A DNA stretch of 64,000 nt from an uncultured Parcubacteria group bacterium (GCA_947084965.1 CAMTUG010000002.1:79434-143433); one strand, 5' to 3'; counted from the stretch's first letter, positions 39,004-49,018 are shown. The notes: generated by a model from the sequence alone, not told the origin. Made by a program: numbers and translations.

Positions 39004-40506
39004 TTAACGCATCACGAGGTTAGCGGTGTTGGCACCCAGAATCACTAAGAAGTCGACGGGCTCGGTTGGTTGAGCCGAATGATCTTCATCGCTGACCGTG
39101 AGCTCGCTTGGAATAATTTTGTTGGTGTACACCCAGCCGGCGGCCGACATCGATACTTGACCGGCCAGAATTTCAGACAGTGCCTGGAGCGCTTCCGGCT
39201 CGGTACCGTCGGTTAAATCGTAGATGACCGTTTGGGAGTAGTCGCGATTAACGGCGTTGCCGATTTTGATCACGTCAAACCCTTGCGCGGAGAGGATCTG
39301 CGAAGCGCCAAAAGCCATGCCACTGACGTTGGTCCCATTTTGAATTTCTACCCGAACGAAGTTGGGGACTTCTTCTTCTGGTTCGGACATGGCGATGTTT
39401 GAACCGCTGTCGTTGAGGATGTTGGCAGCGATGCGTTGGATCGGTCCCCAATCGTTGTTATCGGGCAAGAGGAGATAGGCGCCGTTGACGATCGCGCTGT
39501 AGAGCGGGCCGGATTCGTCGAGGACATGGTGGCTGATCGCGTTTTGGTCGATCGAAGGGATGTAGGTGGCGAGCTTGGTGATTTCCCACCCGGTTAAATT
39601 CGTTTCAATGTTGTCGCCAAGGGCGTCAAAGAGTCCGATGATGCGGGCAGGATTCAACAAGGTCGAAGCGGAAAGGAGTTCTTCACGTACGGCGAGGAGA
39701 ACTTTTTGCTGACGCGCAGCACGGGCGAAATCGCTGCCCTCGCCGTTGTTGCCATGGCGTGAGCGGACAAACTTGAGTGCGGTCGCTCCGTCCATATGTG
39801 TCCATCCTTCCTGGAAAGAGAGCGTTTCGTATCGGCAGCCGTAGGTCGGGACTTCGATCTCTTCGCCTGAAGCATCGGTGGTCGTTGTCGTCGTGCCACA
39901 GTCGGCATATTCCTTGCCTGGAGTTGGGTAGGCTGTATCGGTGAAGGCATTCTCCACGTAGATATCGACACCGTCCAACTCATCAATGAAATCAGCGAAC
40001 CCGTTGAAGTTGACTTTGACCCAGTAGTGGATCGGCTGTTCTAAAATTTCCCCGACAACCTTGGCGGTTGTTTCTGGCCCCTCGTAGACGTTGATCGAGT
40101 TAATGCGACCGATTCCACGGTCAGGGATCGGTACCGCCATATCGCGAGGGATCGAAAGCATACCAACTTCGCTGGTCGATGGGCGGAACGAGGTGAAGAT
40201 CATCGTGTCGGTCAGTTCTGATCCTTCATGGCCTTTACCGCCAACGCCGGTGAGCAAAATGTTGATGCGATCTTCGTCCTCGCCGGCGATCGGCTTGTCT
40301 CCTGAAAGGACGAGGCGCGAGAGGGTACCGAAGAATCCGCCTGGGCCTGTTTCCGTTGAGGTTACGCCAAACGAAAGGGCGGCCGCCATCATTGCTCCCG
40401 CAACGAGCACGACGAGAAAGAGACGTGCAAACAAAGAAACACCCCGTTCGCGCGGCGCCTCTAATCCGTATTTGGCTTTCAAAAAATCGACTTTGATCCG
40501 ATCCAT
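39004..40506 (-). CDS. LCP family protein with LytR C-terminal domain
   Basis: LTDTM, LSIPRD, VRSRH..SDFARAARQQ; EIQNGT..G.A. Confidence 0.9.
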   Translation of the reverse strand: MDRIKVDFLKAKYGLEAPRERGVSLFARLFLVVLVAGAMMAAALSFGVTSTETGPGGFFGTLSRLVLSGDKPIAGEDEDRINILLTGVGGKGHEGSELTDTMIFTSFRPSTSEVGMLSIPRDMAVPIPDRGIGRINSINVYEGPETTAKVVGEILEQPIHYWVKVNFNGFADFIDELDGVDIYVENAFTDTAYPTPGKEYADCGTTTTTTDASGEEIEVPTYGCRYETLSFQEGWTHMDGATALKFVRSRHGNNGEGSDFARAARQQKVLLAVREELLSASTLLNPARIIGLFDALGDNIETNLTGWEITKLATYIPSIDQNAISHHVLDESGPLYSAIVNGAYLLLPDNNDWGPIQRIAANILNDSGSNIAMSEPEEEVPNFVRVEIQNGTNVSGMAFGASQILSAQGFDVIKIGNAVNRDYSQTVIYDLTDGTEPEALQALSEILAGQVSMSAAGWVYTNKIIPSELTVSDEDHSAQPTEPVDFLVILGANTANLVMR

Positions 40507-40587
40507 AACGCGAGACCATTATAAGAGGAAGTGGCTCTCTTGCCAAGCTTTGCGAATTCGGTTATTCTTGCTGCCGTTCGAGTTCAC

Positions 40588-40664
40588 GGGCGTTTAGCTC
40601 AGTTGGTTAGAGCGTTGCATTCACATTGCAAAGGTCGGTGGTTCGAGTCCACCAACGCCCACCA
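40588..40664 (+). tRNA. tRNA-Val(CAC)
   Basis: GGGCGTT/AACGCCC acceptor, TTGCA-TTCACAT-TGCAA, CCA. Confidence 0.96.
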
Positions 40665-40700
40665 AAAATTTCTCAGCCTAAGGCTGGGAAATTTTTGATA

Positions 40701-40873
40701 TTGGTGGACTCGAATCAGGGAAAGGGGAACGGGGGAAACGGGAGTTTCCCCAGTGAGGTCGCCAGTGAGGAAGGGGTGACAGCGAGCGGAGGCGAGCGCC
40801 AGAGGGGAAACGACGTTTCCCCATGGGGAGGAGCGTAGCGACGACGTTCGCGTCCACCAACGCCCACCAAAAA
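40701..40873 (+). mobile_element. Small non-coding element with inverted and direct copies of the tRNA-Val 3' end
   Basis: TTGGTGGACTCGAA at 40701 (antisense to T-arm); GTTCGCGTCCACCAACGCCCACCAAAAA at 40846 repeats the tRNA end; core shared with 48876-48997. Confidence 0.65.
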
Positions 40874-40939
40874 ATCCCGAGGCGTACGCCTCGGGATTTT
40901 TTGTTTTCTATCCAGTGTGCGGAGGGCAAGATGCTATGA

Positions 40940-41887
40940 CTAGCGATCTGCTGATCTCCGCGGTTGACTCACCGTCAACAACAAAAATTTTCCTGAATCA
41001 AGCTGGGCGATTCCCGGATCTCCTCCGATCGGTGAAAGTAATGTCGTCGGCTCTGTCCAAGCATTATCGCGATACTCGGCAAACCACAGGGAAGGACCGG
41101 ATCCATAAAAACGCAGGACACCATCAATGACCACCATATTGCCCGTCCAGTTGCGTTGATCACCGGAAGTGAACGTCTCCATCTCGCTGAAGTTCAATCC
41201 ATCGGTCGATGTCTGAAAGAAATATTCCCCTGGCTTCCCTGGAGTTAACAGATACCAGGTGCCATCGAGAAGTCCGACTGCACTGTCGTAGGCATTTTCT
41301 TCTGCATAGGCAGTGCGGGCCCCTTCTTCAAACACATAGTTCACACCGTCCGTAGAAATGGCTGAGTAAATTTCTACTCCTTCTAACATTTTCGTCCCGG
41401 TTGTGTTCGAAGTAAAATACAGTCGGATACGGTCATCGTCTGTCAGCACGAGGGTCGGATCAAACGGGCGTTGGTAATTTGTCGGGAGTCCGCTGATGGA
41501 AATAATCTGCGGCTCTGTCCACGTTTGACCTTCATCTTCAGAAATTTTGACGGCAATTTTATCAAATGCGGCGTCGTCATTTTCTGGAAACCATTGGAAG
41601 GCCGCGATCAATCGACCGGAGGCGTCTTGAATAATGCTCGGTACGCCCGCACGCTCTTCAAATACCGCTGATTCTTCGAAGGTCGTTCCGTCCTCGCTCC
41701 ACCAGATATCGACATCATTCATCCAGGGGCCTTTTGTCGATTGATTGTTCGCGAGCGGCGGAGCTTGATTCACCCGAGCAGCGTTGGGTGATGATACGTT
41801 GTTTGATGGATCGGTGGATGAACAGCCGGCACCGGCAAGAACAAAAAACGTCAGGAGAACCGAACAAGAGAGGCGGAAGATTTTCAT
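40940..41887 (-). CDS. Putative lipoprotein, BNR/Asp-box beta-propeller
   Basis: LAGAGC lipobox-like; SEDGTTF, SEDEGQTW, STDGVNY, STDGLNF Asp-boxes. Confidence 0.75.
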   Translation of the reverse strand: MKIFRLSCSVLLTFFVLAGAGCSSTDPSNNVSSPNAARVNQAPPLANNQSTKGPWMNDVDIWWSEDGTTFEESAVFEERAGVPSIIQDASGRLIAAFQWFPENDDAAFDKIAVKISEDEGQTWTEPQIISISGLPTNYQRPFDPTLVLTDDDRIRLYFTSNTTGTKMLEGVEIYSAISTDGVNYVFEEGARTAYAEENAYDSAVGLLDGTWYLLTPGKPGEYFFQTSTDGLNFSEMETFTSGDQRNWTGNMVVIDGVLRFYGSGPSLWFAEYRDNAWTEPTTLLSPIGGDPGIAQLDSGKFLLLTVSQPRRSADR

Positions 41888-41971
41888 AGATAGAAAGAGC
41901 ATAACATTTCACATACCAATGGGGAAACCCTAGTGATAATTTAACTTTTGTGATACGGTTTGCTTAAGAAT

Positions 41972-42328
41972 ATGGCTCGATTTTTTATCGCATGCGCTTC
42001 GGTCAGCCTCGCCCTTTTGGGGCTGTTTGGAATGCAGGGCGCGGGCTCGATGACCTTGATGGATCATGGGCAGATGATGGAGCACACGGGATGTGAAGAC
42101 GGACATTGTGGCGAACCAACCGGCACGGCCTGTGCTACACATTGCTTGGCCCAGGCGATCGAGGAAACAGCGCGGGTCGTTTCTGCTCCGGCCAGTTCGA
42201 CCGCTGTTGTTGCTGGCGTAATCTTCGGGGTCATCGTCCTGTTTCAAAAAGCGCGCCTTTGGCAACCGGTCCTTGCTATTCGTTCACGCGATCCCGCATG
42301 GATACGCTCAACGATTCGTCGAGAATAA
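41972..42328 (+). CDS. Small His/Cys/Met-rich membrane protein leading the copper cluster
   Basis: MDHGQMMEHTGCEDGHC..CATHC between two hydrophobic segments. Confidence 0.65.
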   Translation: MARFFIACASVSLALLGLFGMQGAGSMTLMDHGQMMEHTGCEDGHCGEPTGTACATHCLAQAIEETARVVSAPASSTAVVAGVIFGVIVLFQKARLWQPVLAIRSRDPAWIRSTIRRE

Positions 42329-42371
42329 CAGTCACGTTCGAGCAGAGCTTGTTTCGTGATTTTTGATTTCT

Positions 42372-43550
42372 ATGACTACTGAACAACAACAAACGTGTAC
42401 ACTCGCTCCAAGTAAACCGTCGATCGGTGAACTCATCGTACTTTTCGGTGTCGTCCTGTATCTCGGGTATCTCCTGAAATCGTTCGGCTTCCTCACTCCG
42501 GAGGTTGTACTTGGTGGATCAGTCGGACTTGGTGCCGTCTTCCTGATGGGTCTTATTGCCGCGGCTTCGTCTTGCATCGCCGTGTCTGGAGGGTTGATGC
42601 TTTCTTCTGTTGCGTCCTTTCAGAAACGTTATGGCGGAAACGGCAAGTGGGGAAAGATGCAACCAACGCTTCTCTTTGTCTTGGGTCGTGTCGTCGCCTA
42701 CACCGTGCTTGGGGGGGCGATCGGCTACATCGGCCAAGCGTTCGTTCCATCGCCAGTCGTGCTCGGGGTGATCACCTTCTTCGCCGCTACCTACATGCTG
42801 ATCATGGGACTTAACATGTTGTCGATCGCTCCAGTTTGGGTACGACGGCTGACTCCGACGATGCCGCGGGTGCTGACCAAAAAAATTCTCGGTGGGGAAA
42901 ATCGCGAAGGGTGGTTTATGCCATCGCTTCTTGGTGGTGCAACCTTCTTTCTACCGTGCGGTTTTACCCAGGCGCTACAGATCTTCGCCCTCACGACCGG
43001 AAGTGCTGTGACTAGCGCATTGATCCTTGGGGTTTTCGCTCTTGGTACGGCGCCATCACTCCTTGCTCTTGGTTGGGCTTCCAGCTCGCTTAAAGGACAG
43101 ACGGGCGCTTGGTTCTATCGATTTTCTGGCGCGCTCGTTGTTGTCCTTGGTGTTTGGAATGTCGGCAACGCGGCGACGATCTCCGGGATCGATCTAGAAG
43201 TGCCGAGCTTCGCGTTATCATCGACCTCGACGAACGAAGATCCTTCCACAGGGTCTGATCCGTACGTCAAAATGGTCGACGGTGTGCAAGTGATCAATAT
43301 GCGGATCACGGGTCAAGAACCATTCTACCTTCCTGCTGATACGTATACGGTCAAAGCGGGTACACCGGTACGCATGGAAATTACTGGAATCGGTACTGGA
43401 TGTCGGACGATCTTCCAGATTCCAAAATACAACGTCAGCGTGCCTCTCATTGATCCGGTGAACATCGTTGAATTTACGCCGACCAAAACGGGCAAGGTGG
43501 TCTTCTCCTGTTCGATGGGGATGTATAAGGGGACGTTGAATGTCATTTAG
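42372..43550 (+). CDS. TauE/SafE (DsbD_2-like) membrane protein fused to a cupredoxin domain
   Basis: SSCIAVSGG, FFLPCGFTQ, FALGT; C-terminal FSCSMGMY. Confidence 0.85.
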   Translation: MTTEQQQTCTLAPSKPSIGELIVLFGVVLYLGYLLKSFGFLTPEVVLGGSVGLGAVFLMGLIAAASSCIAVSGGLMLSSVASFQKRYGGNGKWGKMQPTLLFVLGRVVAYTVLGGAIGYIGQAFVPSPVVLGVITFFAATYMLIMGLNMLSIAPVWVRRLTPTMPRVLTKKILGGENREGWFMPSLLGGATFFLPCGFTQALQIFALTTGSAVTSALILGVFALGTAPSLLALGWASSSLKGQTGAWFYRFSGALVVVLGVWNVGNAATISGIDLEVPSFALSSTSTNEDPSTGSDPYVKMVDGVQVINMRITGQEPFYLPADTYTVKAGTPVRMEITGIGTGCRTIFQIPKYNVSVPLIDPVNIVEFTPTKTGKVVFSCSMGMYKGTLNVI

Positions 43551-43551
43551 T

Positions 43552-44010
43552 ATGAAAGATAAGACATTCATGATCCTAGGATTCGGAACAGTAGTCCTGG
43601 TGATCGGCGGATTGGCTGTGCTCGCCGCGTCGCAGAGGGTGGACACGTCGACGCTCTCAACACGCGAAGTTGCTTTGAGCTGTACAACCGACATGGCCAC
43701 GGCATTCCATATTCATCCGCGTCTCGCCATCACCGTTGATGGTGTTGATGAGTCGTTGCCTATGAATATCGGCATCAGGAGCGGTTGTATGAATCCTCTG
43801 CACACACACGAGGAACAAGGGGTGATTCACGTTGAATCACCGGTACAGCGCGACTTTACCCTCGGTGATTTTTTTGCCGTGTGGGGTGAGCCGCTGGCGC
43901 GCGAAGGGTATGCACTGACCGTGTTAGCTGACGGGACGATCGCGCCTGATCCGGAATCCGTTGTCTTCAAGGATGATCAGCAGATCGAACTATTGTATTC
44001 ATCAAAATAG
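43552..44010 (+). CDS. Membrane-anchored putative metal-binding protein
   Basis: FHIHP..C..PLHTHE..GVIHVESP..FTLGDFF. Confidence 0.7.
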   Translation: MKDKTFMILGFGTVVLVIGGLAVLAASQRVDTSTLSTREVALSCTTDMATAFHIHPRLAITVDGVDESLPMNIGIRSGCMNPLHTHEEQGVIHVESPVQRDFTLGDFFAVWGEPLAREGYALTVLADGTIAPDPESVVFKDDQQIELLYSSK

Positions 44011-44016
44011 GACGTT

Positions 44017-46191
44017 ATGAAATCCACTTTTAAGATTGATGGGATGCACTGCGCTTCCTGCGCGGTGACGATTGAAAAGGATCTCTCCAAGACTGCGGGC
44101 GTGAAGGACGCTATTGTTAACTTTGCTACGGCAAAAGCCACGGTGGAGTTTGACGAGGCTACGGTGTCGGAGATGGGATTACATGAGGTGGTTGTCAAAG
44201 CAGGGTATTCCGTTCAGATGGATCACGGTACACACGGCGCCGGAGCACCGCAGAGCGAACACGCACACGGTGGAGTACGAGAAGCAGGGCGTCGAGCGCT
44301 GATCTCGTTAGCGTTGGGTGTTCCTGTGATGGTGCTGGCGATGCTTGGGCGCGAACCGTGGGTGCAGGCGGTGCTGGCCACGATCGTCGTGCTTGGGCCT
44401 GGGATGGAGTTTCATAAGATGACCTGGAAGGTCCTTAAGCGTGGGCGGGCGAACATGGACACGCTGATCACCCTCGGGACGCTCGTGGCGCTTCTCTTCA
44501 GCTGGTGGAATCTGATCGCTTGGTGGAACTGGCAAGAGCTTACGAAGGTTGCTCTTGTGGAAGGCGTTCAACCAACGTTTCATCTCTACTTTGAGATTGC
44601 CGCGATCATCACTGGATTCATTTTGCTTGGTCGTTACTTTGAGGCGAAGAGCAAGGGGCGGGCGAGTGCAGCGATTCAGAAGTTGCTTGAGCTGGGAGTG
44701 AAGTCCGCACATCGAGTGAAGTCCGACGGATCGATCGAAGAAGTTCCACTCGAAACACTGGTGCTCGAAGATCGTGTCTTGGTGAAACCGGGGGAAAAGA
44801 TTCCGCTGGATGGACTCGTCGTTGATGGACGATCATCGATTGATGAATCGATGCTGACCGGTGAAAGTTTGCCTGTTGGGAAACAGGTTGGTGATGCTGT
44901 GTACGGTGCGACGATCAATCAACAAGGTGCGCTGACGATCGAGGTGAAAAAGCTTGTTGGGCAAACGGCGCTTGATCAAATTGTGAAGATGGTTGAAGAG
45001 GCACAGCAGAAGAAGGCGCCGATCCAAAAGTTAGTCGATCACATCAGTGGAATCTTTGTTCCGGTCGTGATTGTGATCGCTGTCATTACCTTCGCGATCT
45101 GGTATTTCGTGACGGGAGATGTGACGGCTTCGTTCGTTCCGGCCGTTGCTGTTTTGGTGATCGCTTGTCCGTGTGCTCTTGGGCTTGCAACACCGACAGC
45201 GATTATGGTCGGCACGGGTCGTGGAGCCGAACGTGGGGTGTTGATCAAAAATGGCGAAGCGCTTGAGCGCGGTCGCAACCTCGACGTTGTGATGTTTGAT
45301 AAAACAGGGACGTTGACCGAAGGCAAACCGTCGGTGACGGATTGGACAGGGGAGAATTTGAAAGGCGTCGCGACCGTTGAATCTTCGTCCGAGCACCCGT
45401 TAGCTAAAGCCGTCCTCACCTACGCTAAATCGCAAGATGTCGCTCTCGGTAAGCTTGAACACTTTCAATCCGTGACAGGGAAAGGGGCAAAAGGGACGGT
45501 TGATGGTGTGGCTGTTTTGGTCGGCAACGCGGCGTTGATGGCGGACGAAGGCGTGGATTTGAAAGAGTACGCCAATGACATCGCGCGATTGCAGTCCGAG
45601 GCGAAGACGGTTGTGATTGTTGCAGAGAACGGCAAAGCGGTCGGTTTACTGGCGATTGCGGACGCGCCAAAGGCAACGGCAAAGGAGACGATCAAAGCGC
45701 TGCGAACGCTCGGGCTCGAAGTGCTCATGATCACTGGCGACCACAAAACAACGGCACAGGCGATCGCCAATGATCTCGGCATCACCCAGATTGAAGCTGA
45801 GGTTTTGCCCGATCAGAAGTTAGAGATCGTCAAACGCTGGCAACAGAACAAAAAGAAGGTCGCCTTTGTCGGCGACGGGATCAACGATGCTCCAGCCCTC
45901 ACCCAGGCTGACTTGGGGATCGCTGTGGGGAGCGGTACGGATGTGGCGATCGAGGCCGGACAGATCGTGCTGGTGGGTGGCGGACCGGAAAAGGTTATCG
46001 AAGGGATTACCCTCTCGCGTCAAACGTACAGCATCATTAAGCAAAACCTCTTCTGGGCCTTCATCTACAACGTCATTGGCATTCCGGTTGCGGCCCTTGG
46101 ACTCTTAAATCCGATCATCGCTTCGGCGGCGATGGCCTTTTCCTCGGTTTCGGTCGTCTTGAACTCCCTCCGCTTGAAATCGGCCAAATAA
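44017..46191 (+). CDS. copA: Cu(I)-translocating P1B-type ATPase
   Basis: GMHCASC, TGES, CPC, DKTGT, GDGIND, YN and MAFSS. Confidence 0.93.
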   Translation: MKSTFKIDGMHCASCAVTIEKDLSKTAGVKDAIVNFATAKATVEFDEATVSEMGLHEVVVKAGYSVQMDHGTHGAGAPQSEHAHGGVREAGRRALISLALGVPVMVLAMLGREPWVQAVLATIVVLGPGMEFHKMTWKVLKRGRANMDTLITLGTLVALLFSWWNLIAWWNWQELTKVALVEGVQPTFHLYFEIAAIITGFILLGRYFEAKSKGRASAAIQKLLELGVKSAHRVKSDGSIEEVPLETLVLEDRVLVKPGEKIPLDGLVVDGRSSIDESMLTGESLPVGKQVGDAVYGATINQQGALTIEVKKLVGQTALDQIVKMVEEAQQKKAPIQKLVDHISGIFVPVVIVIAVITFAIWYFVTGDVTASFVPAVAVLVIACPCALGLATPTAIMVGTGRGAERGVLIKNGEALERGRNLDVVMFDKTGTLTEGKPSVTDWTGENLKGVATVESSSEHPLAKAVLTYAKSQDVALGKLEHFQSVTGKGAKGTVDGVAVLVGNAALMADEGVDLKEYANDIARLQSEAKTVVIVAENGKAVGLLAIADAPKATAKETIKALRTLGLEVLMITGDHKTTAQAIANDLGITQIEAEVLPDQKLEIVKRWQQNKKKVAFVGDGINDAPALTQADLGIAVGSGTDVAIEAGQIVLVGGGPEKVIEGITLSRQTYSIIKQNLFWAFIYNVIGIPVAALGLLNPIIASAAMAFSSVSVVLNSLRLKSAK

Positions 46192-46210
46192 CCTGCTAAC
46201 CTAGTGTCAC

Positions 46211-46825
46211 ATGCTGTTTCGCAAACAAGATCCGACGATAGAAACGTTCTGGCATCGAACGTTCGGCCCAACGCTTGGCGCCGTGGCGATGTTTTTGCTG
46301 GAAGTCATGCAGATCGTGATCATCTCGGCCGCGATCATCGTCCCGATCCGTTACTTCCTGATCCAACCGTTCTACGTCAAAGGAGCGTCGATGGAACCGG
46401 AATTCTACGATCATGAATACTTGATCATTGACGAAATCTCCTACCGGTTCAGCGATCCGGCACGCGGGGACATCATCGTCTTCCGTTATCCGCGCGACCC
46501 ATCGCAGTATTTCATCAAGCGAGTGATCGGGTTACCAGGGGAAACGGTCGAGGTGACCAACGGAGTTGTCTTTGTCTACAACGATCAACATCCGAACGGC
46601 GTAGAATTGGACGAGCCGTATTTGGATCCTGAGTTCACTGCTGGCCATAAGCGTGTCACGCTCGGTGAGGGGGAATACTTCGTCCTTGGCGATCATCGCG
46701 ACGCGAGTTTGGACTCGCGATCGTTCGGGGCTGTGCCAAGTGATTTGATCGTTGGAAAGGTGTGGTTGCGTGGATTGCCGATCAATAAAATTACGCTCTT
46801 CGAAGCGCCTGAATATAATCTATGA
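46211..46825 (+). CDS. lepB: Signal peptidase I
   Basis: GASMEP, FIKRVIGLPGE, GDHRDASLDSR. Confidence 0.95.
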   Translation: MLFRKQDPTIETFWHRTFGPTLGAVAMFLLEVMQIVIISAAIIVPIRYFLIQPFYVKGASMEPEFYDHEYLIIDEISYRFSDPARGDIIVFRYPRDPSQYFIKRVIGLPGETVEVTNGVVFVYNDQHPNGVELDEPYLDPEFTAGHKRVTLGEGEYFVLGDHRDASLDSRSFGAVPSDLIVGKVWLRGLPINKITLFEAPEYNL

Positions 46826-48192
46826 AGAAAGCAGAAGTGAAAGAAGAATCAGCAAAGGCTGAGGCGCCAAAAGCTGGAGAAGCACCTGCCGGGAAGCGTG
46901 TGAAAACCCCGCAATTGCTGCGCGGGTTTCGCGATGTGTTACCGGAAGAGCAGTCGTTTTGGGATTTTGCTCGCACCACGGCGGAGAAGTTAGCCCGCGC
47001 GTATTCGTTTGATCGCATCGGTTTGCCACTTCTTGAATCGCAAGATCTGTTTATCCGCTCGGTTGGAAAGGCAACGGACATTGTGGAAAAAGAGATGTTC
47101 GCCTTTGAAGATCCAGGTGGGGACAAGGTAGTCATGCGTCCGGAGGGGACGGCCAGCGCCGCCCGTGCCTACATCGAACACGGCATGCTCGATCGCCCCC
47201 AGCCCGTCAAACTGTTCTATATCGAACCGATGTTCCGCTACGACCGTCCGCAAGCTGGACGCTACCGTCAGCACTATCAGTTCGGTGCGGAAGTGTTTGG
47301 GTCAGAAGAAGCGATCATTGATGCGCAGTTGATCACCGTTGCTCACAGTTTTTATAAGGAGTTGGGGCTCGACGTGGTCATGCGTATGAATTCGATCGGC
47401 ACCAACGAATCGCGCACGGCATATAAGGTCGAATTGGTGGCGCACTATCGTCGTCATCGCAATACGATCTGTGAAGATTGCAAGCGCCGGTTGCAGAAGA
47501 ATCCATTGCGCGTTTTGGACTGTAAAGAAGAATCCTGTCAGCCGGTTAAAGCGAGTGCACCGCAGATTCTGGATTATCTTGATGACGCTTCGAAAGAGCA
47601 CTTCATGAAAGTTCTCGAGTACTTGGACGAGGTGGGTGTGAAGTACGTTCTGTCTCCGCATTTGGTGCGCGGATTGGATTACTACTCGCGCACCGTGTTC
47701 GAAGTGACGCTTGCTGATGCCGACGAAGAAGCGGCGCGCGGAACTGTTTTGGGAGGCGGCGGACGCTACGACGCCTTGATCGAAACGCTCGGTGGCCGAC
47801 CAACTCCAGGATGTGGATTCGGTCTTGGGATTGAACGCACGGTGATGGCGATGAAAGACAAAGGGGTTGTGCCGCCGGTTGTGACTCCGTTTGTCTTCTT
47901 GGCTCCGCTTGGCGACGGCGCACGTCGCAAGGGCCTGCTCTTGTTCGAGCAGTTGCGCCAGGCCGGGATCCCCGTGGCCGAATGTTTCGGCAAAGCGGCT
48001 TTGAAAGCCCAGCTTGAAGCGGCCGACCGTATGAAAGTGCCACACACCTTAATTTTGGGCCAAAAGGAAGTTTTGGACGGCACGATCATCATTCGCGACA
48101 TGGAATCCGGCGCGCAAGAAACGGTTGATATTGGCAAAGTCGTCGGGATTATTCAGAAAAAATTAGCCAACGGAAATGGGAAGAGCGAATAA
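46822..48192 (+). CDS. hisS: Histidine--tRNA ligase
   Basis: RPEGTAS, FRYDRPQAGRYRQ, LVRGLDYY, GGGRYD. Confidence 0.97.
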   Translation: MKKAEVKEESAKAEAPKAGEAPAGKRVKTPQLLRGFRDVLPEEQSFWDFARTTAEKLARAYSFDRIGLPLLESQDLFIRSVGKATDIVEKEMFAFEDPGGDKVVMRPEGTASAARAYIEHGMLDRPQPVKLFYIEPMFRYDRPQAGRYRQHYQFGAEVFGSEEAIIDAQLITVAHSFYKELGLDVVMRMNSIGTNESRTAYKVELVAHYRRHRNTICEDCKRRLQKNPLRVLDCKEESCQPVKASAPQILDYLDDASKEHFMKVLEYLDEVGVKYVLSPHLVRGLDYYSRTVFEVTLADADEEAARGTVLGGGGRYDALIETLGGRPTPGCGFGLGIERTVMAMKDKGVVPPVVTPFVFLAPLGDGARRKGLLLFEQLRQAGIPVAECFGKAALKAQLEAADRMKVPHTLILGQKEVLDGTIIIRDMESGAQETVDIGKVVGIIQKKLANGNGKSE

Positions 48193-48204
48193 GAGTTTAT
48201 AGGG

Positions 48205-48236
48205 AAAGAACGGCCTAAATGGCCGTTCTTTTGTTT
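48205..48236 (+). terminator. Intrinsic terminator after hisS
   Basis: AAAGAACGGCC-taaat-GGCCGTTCTTT plus T-run. Confidence 0.8.
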
Positions 48237-48260
48237 TGTGGCATAAAGAGCCCAACATAA

Positions 48261-48289
48261 TTGACAAAGTTACATTTTTATGCTATTTT
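48261..48289 (+). promoter_or_regulatory. Sigma70-like promoter
   Basis: TTGACA-N17-TATTTT with TG extension; similar to 49019-49047. Confidence 0.7.
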
Positions 48290-48320
48290 TCTTGACCACC
48301 AAGGCAAGGAGGAAGGAAAG

Positions 48321-48818
48321 ATGCGTCGTTATTTTATCGGCATCGGCGGTCTCATGGCCGCTGGATTTGCAGGGATCGCCGTGGCGATGGTTTCTGTCCA
48401 CAGACAGTGGCAGGCAGACGTCGCGGCGGCTGAGGCGGCCCAAGCTGAGTGGGTCGCTGAGCGGGCGGAGATCGCCGAGCGCGAAGCGGTCGCGCGCAAG
48501 GCCGAGGAGCAGAAGGAGCTCATCGGCGAGGCGATGGCCAACCTGACGGGGGGCTGGAACCCCTGGATCGTCGACTCGATCGACCAGGTCCAGAACCCCG
48601 AGTTCGTCGCGCTCTTCCTGGTCGTCCGCGCCCAGCGGGACGAGCAGAGCAAGGCGCTCGACGAGCTGCTCGAGAAGGAGCCGTGCGCCAGCCGGTTCGA
48701 GAAGCCGGGCTACAAGGAGCGCTGCGACAAGCTCTTCGACGCCCTGTCCCTCGAGACCTTCGCCCCGATCAAGCCCAACCTCGACCGCATCCAGGAGATC
48801 GCCAACACGTACAACTAG
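48321..48818 (+). CDS. GC-rich ORFan with N-terminal TM and helical exported domain
   Basis: AAGGAGG SD before ATG 48321; C/G-ending codons. Confidence 0.8.
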   Translation: MRRYFIGIGGLMAAGFAGIAVAMVSVHRQWQADVAAAEAAQAEWVAERAEIAEREAVARKAEEQKELIGEAMANLTGGWNPWIVDSIDQVQNPEFVALFLVVRAQRDEQSKALDELLEKEPCASRFEKPGYKERCDKLFDALSLETFAPIKPNLDRIQEIANTYN

Positions 48819-48820
48819 TA

Positions 48821-48874
48821 CGACCACCCCCAGCGGCCACCCTCGTCGCACTCTCGGGGGTGGTCGCTGCATTT
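48821..48874 (+). terminator. Conserved 3' stem-loop element, copy 2
   Basis: CGACCACCCCC..CTCGTCGCACTCTCGGGGGTGGTCGCTGCATTT. Confidence 0.7.
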
Positions 48875-48875
48875 C

Positions 48876-48997
48876 ATGCAGCCACAGGGGCTTCCGCCCC
48901 TCTGGTCGTCGCTCCGCTCCTGTCACCCTCAGCAGGTAAGGGGAGATATCTCCCCTTACCATCCCCTCCGCCCACGCTTCGCGTGGTCGCTGCATTT
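48876..48997 (-). mobile_element. Small non-coding element of the tRNA-Val element family
   Basis: 15-bp direct repeat GTGGTCGCTGCATTT (48860, 48983), partial inverted copy at 48876, perfect 26-bp palindrome 48935-48960. Confidence 0.65.
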
Positions 48998-49018
48998 TAG
49001 CTACTTTAGCCACGAACG

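Noticed and set aside
40641-40873. Prophage or island attL/attR at tRNA-Val
   Set aside because: Only about 180 bp lie between the repeats, with no integrase, and the extra inverted copy is unexplained; treated as a mini-element.
40874-40900. Terminator ATCCCGAGGCGTACGCCTCGGGAT contains GAGGCGTAC
   Set aside because: A 9-nt match to the palindrome-family core is too short to claim relatedness.
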